From: a virus
Virus record (IMG/VR): IMGVR_UViG_3300045581_000978
Coordinates: 2,699-66,698 of that record
Strand: one strand, 5' to 3'
DNA: 64,000 nt
Program-made: the position numbers and the translations under genes
The notes under the pieces: model-generated
What the model saw: only the letters and a program-made list of their open reading frames with translations
The model's database searches: none
What the model was told of the DNA's origin: nothing
Shown here: positions 58,303-64,000 of the stretch, one piece after another
How positions within the stretch are numbered: the first letter of the stretch is position 1
How the letters are laid out: each line of letters starts with the position of its first letter

Positions 58303-59241
58303 TCAACTTTTTTCCAAATTTATCCAGCATGCGAAACAATTTATCTCTTTATCTAATACGTGTGCAGAACGCCAAAGATGATCAGCAATAATAGCGATCA
58401 TCTCTTTCTTTTTAAGGTCTTGAACTGGTTGCTGATATAGATAATTAAGATAATCTCTCATAAGCGTATCGTAATCGCCATAGAAAGCGCTTTCATTCTC
58501 AATAAGATGCTTTCTCAGCGAAAGTACATCCTTCTGCTCAATAGCAGAAAATATAGCTTTAAGCAAAGCATTATCTACACTAACCGTATTAATAGATAGA
58601 GTACCATCAATACAGTTCTTCTGAATTTCGTTAATAGTCTTGCGAAGATCGGGGAAGTTAGCCTTTACTAACTCAACAAATTTCTTCTTCTGTACTTCGT
58701 CTATTTCAATACCTTCCTGCTTTAAGATATTATAAACTCTCTTTACACCATCTTCAATAGTAGGTTTAATATCAAGAAACTGACATCTAGACTGCAGAGC
58801 AGGTATAATCTTATGCTTATAGTTAGCAGTAAGTATGAATCTAGTATACTTCGCGAAAGACTCCATTGTATTACGCAAAGCAGCTTGCGCTTGACCCGTT
58901 AGACCATCACACTCGTCAAGTATTACTACTTTTACCTTACCATCAAACGATTTAGTTTGTGAAAAGTTAGTGACTTTATGTCTAATAGTATCAATACCAG
59001 ATTCATCCGAAGCGTTAATATAAAGGTAGTTACACTTCAATACATCGTTAACGATGATACGCGCCAAACTAGTTTTACCAGTTCCAGGCGTACCTACAAA
59101 CAGTAGGTTTGGTATCTCATCGGTAAATCCGTTAATGATCTCACGCGTTCTATCTGACAATATAATGTCATCTAACTTCTGCGGTCTATACTTTTCCGTC
59201 CAGATCCCTTGTAGGAAACCACCTTTAATTACACTTTCCAT
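58303..59241 (-). CDS. gp44: Clamp loader large subunit
   Basis: WTEKYRP, GTPGTGKT, INASDE.GID.IR, ILDECD, LQSRC, FPDLRK. Confidence 0.93.
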   Translation of the reverse strand: MESVIKGGFLQGIWTEKYRPQKLDDIILSDRTREIINGFTDEIPNLLFVGTPGTGKTSLARIIVNDVLKCNYLYINASDESGIDTIRHKVTNFSQTKSFDGKVKVVILDECDGLTGQAQAALRNTMESFAKYTRFILTANYKHKIIPALQSRCQFLDIKPTIEDGVKRVYNILKQEGIEIDEVQKKKFVELVKANFPDLRKTINEIQKNCIDGTLSINTVSVDNALLKAIFSAIEQKDVLSLRKHLIENESAFYGDYDTLMRDYLNYLYQQPVQDLKKKEMIAIIADHLWRSAHVLDKEINCFACWINLEKS

Positions 59242-59252
59242 ATTATTTTATA

Positions 59253-59684
59253 TTACTTACCAGATGAACCAAATCCACTAGCACCTCTATCGGATTCTTC
59301 AGTTTCACCTTCTTCAACTACTACATCATAGTTTTTATATACAACGAACTGAGCAATTCTATCGCCTTTTTTAACTTCATAAGCAACATCTGTGTTATTA
59401 TAAAGCTTAATACCTGCGTTAGAACGATATCCATTATCAATGATACCTGGATGAGCTGAAATCCCGTGCAAAAATCCCATGCCACTGCGGCTTTCTACTT
59501 TTACCCAGTAACCAGGTGTGATATATGCGAAATCTAAACCAACATCTACTACAGCACTACCTCTACCAGGAATAGTTTTATCCTCTACACAATAGACATC
59601 GAACCCGGTATCAGACACATTGTTCTTTGTAGGGAGCTTAGCGTCTACACTAGTCTTTTTAAATTTTAACGTTACTACACTCAT
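59253..59684 (-). CDS. dut: Trimeric dUTPase
   Basis: GFD, RSG, GIIDNGY, GDRIAQ, RGASGFGSSG; promoter TTGATT-N16-TATAAT at 59691-59718 (-). Confidence 0.95.
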   Translation of the reverse strand: MSVVTLKFKKTSVDAKLPTKNNVSDTGFDVYCVEDKTIPGRGSAVVDVGLDFAYITPGYWVKVESRSGMGFLHGISAHPGIIDNGYRSNAGIKLYNNTDVAYEVKKGDRIAQFVVYKNYDVVVEEGETEESDRGASGFGSSGK

Positions 59685-59733
59685 AATAGTATTATAATAT
59701 TTGATATATGGAAATCAAGACTAAATATATAGT

Positions 59734-60180
59734 ATGGAAGAAGATTTAGATGTTGTAGTAAACGACATTATAGCACAATTAAAAGGAACTACCGCACTTG
59801 CAAAGAAGGAAGTGACTGAAGATCTTGATAAGGATAAGCTCGAAGATTTCATTATTAAGAATTCTGGAAGACTTATTACTAAGACCTTAGGTATTGTAGA
59901 TGATGTACAGACATATATCTCTTCTGCACCTGACGCTAAAGACGTTGCAGCATTAGCAGAACTTCTTAAGGCAGCTTCTTCATCTATTGAAGCTCTTAAT
60001 AAGGTCTATACTTCAATTGAGAAGAATAAGACTGTTAAAGAGATTAAACAAATGGATATTGAATCAAAAGAAAAGATCAATACTCAAGATACTACAGCTT
60101 TCCTCTTAACTAGAAAAGAACTAATGCAAGAGCTTATAGGTAAGTCTAAGCAAGAGGATGCTAAGATAGTTGATGTTTAA
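59734..60180 (+). CDS. Probable terminase small subunit (gp16-like)
   Basis: Helical 148 aa; P..KDVAALAELLK and AFLLTRKELM resemble the gp16 pattern; CTAAATA 59721-59727. Confidence 0.45.
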   Translation: MEEDLDVVVNDIIAQLKGTTALAKKEVTEDLDKDKLEDFIIKNSGRLITKTLGIVDDVQTYISSAPDAKDVAALAELLKAASSSIEALNKVYTSIEKNKTVKEIKQMDIESKEKINTQDTTAFLLTRKELMQELIGKSKQEDAKIVDV

Positions 60181-61805
60181 GGAAAAATACTATAAGTTTC
60201 ACGAAATTTAATAGCTTCATTAGGATATCTCGGTCTACCTATAGGTTGATTTGACTCGGTTTTTAATGGTCCCCAATAAGCCGCGAGACCTTTCCATATT
60301 TCATTACCCTTTTTATCGTAACCTGCAAGACGACCTATACTCCTCTGAGGGTTATCTTTATTTAAAAAATTAGTCTCGGCTATAATTATCGCTGCTTTAG
60401 TGTTTATATCAGGGTCAAAAAGCTGATTGAAAGAAAACGCAGGTTTACCATTTATAGTAGTTTCATTTCTTATTCCTGCCTTACTTAAAACGTCTTTATA
60501 ATTAGCATAATCTAAAGGCGATAATTGATAAAGCCCATTAGAATCGCCTACAAACCTATTTATATCTCCTTTTTTATCTGGTTGAAACGTTGATTCAACA
60601 TTAGCTAGAGCTGTAAAAAACCTTGCCCATTCCTCAACAGAACCGTTTGTAAATCCGTATTTTCTTGCATCCTCGGCATTAGGTATTTTACCTATAAGTG
60701 GCGAGCCTTGAAGAGCTTTTAATACTCTTTCATATTGATCACGAGCACTTAAAACTGTATTCTGACTAGGAGGTGAAACGGTTGGCGTTACACCTGAAGA
60801 TGTAGAAGATGAGTCACCACCCGAGCAGCTTAAGTCAATATCTCTTCTTTCATAATCAAAAGGCCACATTCCCCCTGTTGTTCTTGAACCACCTCTACCA
60901 TCTACGTTCTCTTGAATAGGCTCTCTACTAGTAACACTCAAATTCTGATTAGGATCATAAGGCGAGTATCTAGCGAGATGCTGATATTTTCTAAAGCATC
61001 CCCCTAAATCCGAAGCAACCTGCGAAAGAACAGAAGCACCAAACCCCTCTATACTAGTAATAGCCTCAATATCTGGAACATATACATACCCTGTAGTATC
61101 ATAATCTAGAGCTTTTCCTGCTAAGGCGTCAGCTATTAGTTTATCTTTTTTAGCTTTATCTTTCTCATAAATAATGCCAACAGATTGATTAAAAGCATCC
61201 TGCCCTAAAATCGCCATCTTACCTATCATATCAGATACTGCATCTGGTACTTGTTTTATCAAAGTATTTTTAATACCACCGTAAGTAGTTTTAAATAGAT
61301 CTCTTAATTCAGAAAAAGGCGGTATAGTAGCTGAATTACTGGCAGCTACATTATCTATAATGGAAGCTATACTCTCTGATGAGGCTGCAAAAAGATTACA
61401 CGGAGAATTTAAACAGTCCTTTAACGCGTTTTTTAAGCTATCTATAAAGTTTTTCTCTCTAGCACTAGCGCTAGCATAATAATCATTTATATTATCTAAA
61501 TTATTAAAGATATAAGTTACTCTGTCTACATGATATTCAAATATAGGATATTGCCCCATTCTTGTAGTGTAAAAATCATTAGTAGAATAATCTAAAAACG
61601 CACTACTTAAAATAAAAGTATTAGTAAATCTTTCTGCTGCATCTTCATCACCTCTAACGGCAGCGTTAAAGTCTATAGCTAAATCTATATCTAACTGAAG
61701 ATTGGGATCCTCCAAAAGATCGCAAAGATTAGTATTTCTTAATTGTTCTCTACTTATTGCAAAGCCAAATAATTTCTGTGCTAGATTGTTAGTGTATATT
61801 ACCAT
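60177..61805 (-). CDS. Virion protein with C-terminal SLT-type lytic transglycosylase domain
   Basis: LANVESTF.P, SNGLYQL, LFDPDIN motifs; next to hub gene. Confidence 0.7.
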   Translation of the reverse strand: MVIYTNNLAQKLFGFAISREQLRNTNLCDLLEDPNLQLDIDLAIDFNAAVRGDEDAAERFTNTFILSSAFLDYSTNDFYTTRMGQYPIFEYHVDRVTYIFNNLDNINDYYASASAREKNFIDSLKNALKDCLNSPCNLFAASSESIASIIDNVAASNSATIPPFSELRDLFKTTYGGIKNTLIKQVPDAVSDMIGKMAILGQDAFNQSVGIIYEKDKAKKDKLIADALAGKALDYDTTGYVYVPDIEAITSIEGFGASVLSQVASDLGGCFRKYQHLARYSPYDPNQNLSVTSREPIQENVDGRGGSRTTGGMWPFDYERRDIDLSCSGGDSSSTSSGVTPTVSPPSQNTVLSARDQYERVLKALQGSPLIGKIPNAEDARKYGFTNGSVEEWARFFTALANVESTFQPDKKGDINRFVGDSNGLYQLSPLDYANYKDVLSKAGIRNETTINGKPAFSFNQLFDPDINTKAAIIIAETNFLNKDNPQRSIGRLAGYDKKGNEIWKGLAAYWGPLKTESNQPIGRPRYPNEAIKFRETYSIFP

Positions 61806-61814
61806 ATTAATTGT

Positions 61815-63614
61815 TTATAGAGGTGAAGAAGTTGTTCCAGAATCGAGAAATTCAAGCAAGACTCCAGAAGCCTCGCCAGAGCCTTCAGGTAAAGGTGGTT
61901 CTGGTCTTGTTATATTAGGAACGGGACCCTCTAGCGGAACTCGAGTTTTAGGAGCTGGAGCATTGGTAGATGTACCTTGTGGATTACTTCTAGGGCTTGT
62001 TATTTCTTCACCGCCATTAGGTGCGCTACCTGTAGAGTTAATTCCTGGAGTACCTACATTTGAATTTTGTTGGTTGGATACTGATGAGTTTAAATCATAA
62101 AGTTTTACACAAGTAAATTCATTAAAATAATTACCGTTTTCAAATATATGATTTACAGATACAACATACCAATAACCACTTATTTCCTCTTTATTTTTTT
62201 CGTTAAATTTATCTCCCGACTTTTTATCTAGTTGTTGAGGATTTAAAGAAATAAATCTGTTAGGTTTTCTATAAGGCTGTCCTTTTACTCTAAAAACTAC
62301 TGCTAAATTATCAAAAACAAAGCTTTTTAGTACGGTATTTGTTCCATAGGCCAGAGCAAGATTAATATTTATATCGGGTTTTTGATATACTTTTACAGAT
62401 TCATTACCTTCAGGAATTTCCGGTAAGTTACAAGGATATGGCGAAACACAAATTTGCTCAAAAACTTGTCTAGTTTTTAAATAAGGTCTTATACTACCAC
62501 TTGTGCAACCGTCTCTTGATTCTTCTCTACACTCAGTAGTAACCCATTTTTTATTTTTTAATACATCGTTATAATTAACTCTTTTTAATTCATATTTATC
62601 TACAGTATTATCTGATAGATATTCAGCAGAATCGCTTTGTGCAATAACAAATTTTTCAGTTAGAAATATATTGTTATAATAATTATCTGCAGTCGATGCT
62701 ATAACTCCTGACGTCTTACTACCTTCTTTACTTACTGTATCAAAAAAATTCTGTATAGTACCTAACAAAGGAAACATTATAATTTTTCTAGCTCCATTAG
62801 TTGCTCTATCATTTTCAATTTTAATCATTCCAGGATCATACCAATTCTCGTTATCTATTTTTAATTCCCTTCCTTTAGGTAAAAAAGAAAAGTACGGATA
62901 TAGCGACTTTATAGCATCGTAAAATACGGTAGTATTATTTAAATTAACAATCGGGGTAAGAGCAATTGAATCACCAGCAGGTTCACCAGCTACTTCTATT
63001 TCCCTTAAAATATGATTATCTGAAGCAGAAAGGGTAGATATAGATAGAGTTTTATTAGATCGGATACTTGGTGATAAAAATTGAGGTGTTTGATCAAAAA
63101 CTGAAGGTACTTCTTCATTAAAAGTTAATAGATATCTTAGCAATTTATAAACAGGCACACTATTATTAAAAAAAGATTTCAGATATAAGTTATCTTTAAT
63201 CACTTTTGAGGTCTTTAAATTAAACACATATAACTCTTCAAAATTATAAGCAGAATTGCCATCTATCGCGTTTTGTTTAAAATCTTGTCCCTCTGTTAAA
63301 GCAGCAAAAAAGAATATATCGTCATATGTTGATTTTTCATCACCAAAACTTAAGCTTCGTAACTTAAAATAAAGTATAGGAGCGTTATTTGACGCGGCAA
63401 ATACATTTAATTTTTCTAAAATGTTATTGAAGTTAGTAAATATAATTTTACCGGTGTACCCTATATTCGCAAGATCATTACTTATTTCAAGATACTTTAA
63501 ACTACTATAAGCTATAGGTATAACACCTGTACTAGTGCAACCTTTTATTAAATATATTTCAACATCATAAGGGTTGCCATCTATTATAACTACATTTGTA
63601 TTTGTTTTTGCCAT
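61815..63614 (-). CDS. Baseplate hub protein (gp27-like)
   Basis: C-terminal F.VKG...R.P..FI...SGYWYV.SV.H.F....Y.N...C.K; start moved to MAKTNTN. Confidence 0.55.
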   Translation of the reverse strand: MAKTNTNVVIIDGNPYDVEIYLIKGCTSTGVIPIAYSSLKYLEISNDLANIGYTGKIIFTNFNNILEKLNVFAASNNAPILYFKLRSLSFGDEKSTYDDIFFFAALTEGQDFKQNAIDGNSAYNFEELYVFNLKTSKVIKDNLYLKSFFNNSVPVYKLLRYLLTFNEEVPSVFDQTPQFLSPSIRSNKTLSISTLSASDNHILREIEVAGEPAGDSIALTPIVNLNNTTVFYDAIKSLYPYFSFLPKGRELKIDNENWYDPGMIKIENDRATNGARKIIMFPLLGTIQNFFDTVSKEGSKTSGVIASTADNYYNNIFLTEKFVIAQSDSAEYLSDNTVDKYELKRVNYNDVLKNKKWVTTECREESRDGCTSGSIRPYLKTRQVFEQICVSPYPCNLPEIPEGNESVKVYQKPDININLALAYGTNTVLKSFVFDNLAVVFRVKGQPYRKPNRFISLNPQQLDKKSGDKFNEKNKEEISGYWYVVSVNHIFENGNYFNEFTCVKLYDLNSSVSNQQNSNVGTPGINSTGSAPNGGEEITSPRSNPQGTSTNAPAPKTRVPLEGPVPNITRPEPPLPEGSGEASGVLLEFLDSGTTSSPL

Positions 63615-63618
63615 CTTA

Positions 63619-63990
63619 CTACCTAAGTTGATTTGCAATACTATTTAATACATCTTCTACATTTTGAGGTAAGATATATTTATAAGTTATACCACTGTCT
63701 GCATAAAAAATATTATTAGGTTTGTTTAAGAGAAATATCAACCACCATAAAAATTGAGTACCGTATAATCTATGTGATAATATAGTCCACGGTATTTTAA
63801 CATCTAAATCAATAGTACCTAATATACTCTCATCTATATCTGCAGGTATATTCACTTTATTTAAAATATTATAAAATAGATAATCGCTACTTTCATTTTT
63901 TACGTTAAATATTTTAAAAATATTTTCATACCTTTCACGTGTTATGGAAGGTAAGTCTATAATATTATTTTGATAGTCTCCAGTATTCAT
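63619..63990 (-). CDS. gp53: Baseplate wedge protein (LysM-like)
   Basis: WTILSHRLYGTQFLWWLIFLLN. Confidence 0.8.
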   Translation of the reverse strand: MNTGDYQNNIIDLPSITRERYENIFKIFNVKNESSDYLFYNILNKVNIPADIDESILGTIDLDVKIPWTILSHRLYGTQFLWWLIFLLNKPNNIFYADSGITYKYILPQNVEDVLNSIANQLR

Positions 63991-64000
63991 TATAATTATT

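Noticed and set aside
57387-58344. Group I intron or intein in gp44 with the downstream copy as exon 2
   Set aside because: gp44 is already complete upstream, no terminal G precedes the copy (it follows TAA), and there is no non-coding space for a ribozyme core; RT-PCR would settle it
3680-62100. Short ORFs in the track lying antisense or out of frame within longer genes (e.g. 3680-3874, 5593-5844, 12666-13118, 14648-14854, 16346-16616, 17102-17335, 20651-20866, 38177-38536, 41468-41962, 56444-56626, 59054-59281, 61702-62100)
   Set aside because: Nested in or largely overlapping well-supported genes, with no recognisable motifs; best explained as shadow ORFs
1-64000. Stop-codon reassignment, tRNAs, CRISPR arrays, DGR repeats
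   Set aside because: Core genes are full length in the standard code with TAA, TGA and TAG all used as stops; intergenic gaps are too short and I saw no cloverleaf, spaced repeats or reverse transcriptase (by eye only)

Overview
This is a 64-kb AT-rich, densely coding fragment of a large T4-like (myovirus) phage genome read with the standard code. The + strand carries mostly replication, recombination and metabolic genes (phoH, folE, denV-like, uvsY, uvsW, gp55, gp47/46, gp43, uvsX, queC, gp41, gp32, gp45, RNase H, gp61). The - strand carries mostly late and virion genes (a block of probable head-internal proteins, tail fibres, baseplate gp6/gp25/gp53, a lytic transglycosylase) plus queD, gp44 and dUTPase. 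I saw no tRNA, rRNA or CRISPR array. Main observations: (1) two free-standing homing endonuclease genes sit at the 3' ends of essential replication genes (gp44, gp43), and a displaced, synonymously different copy of the gene's C-terminus lies on the far side of each; for gp44, 11/11 residues are identical while 9 of 10 degenerate codons differ. (2) Many genes have their own sigma70-like or T4-late promoter only 5-9 nt before the start codon, implying largely leaderless mRNAs. (3) A late cassette of enzymes (ligase-like, HxGH nucleotidyltransferase, nuclease, aspartic protease) mostly carries T4-type capsid-targeting N-termini. (4) A dispersed 7-deazaguanine pathway includes a QueC lacking most zinc ligands, an amidotransferase and glycosyltransferases. 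(5) An L-S-[A/G] tripeptide is enriched in tail and baseplate proteins. All calls come from motif recognition by eye; no database searches were run.
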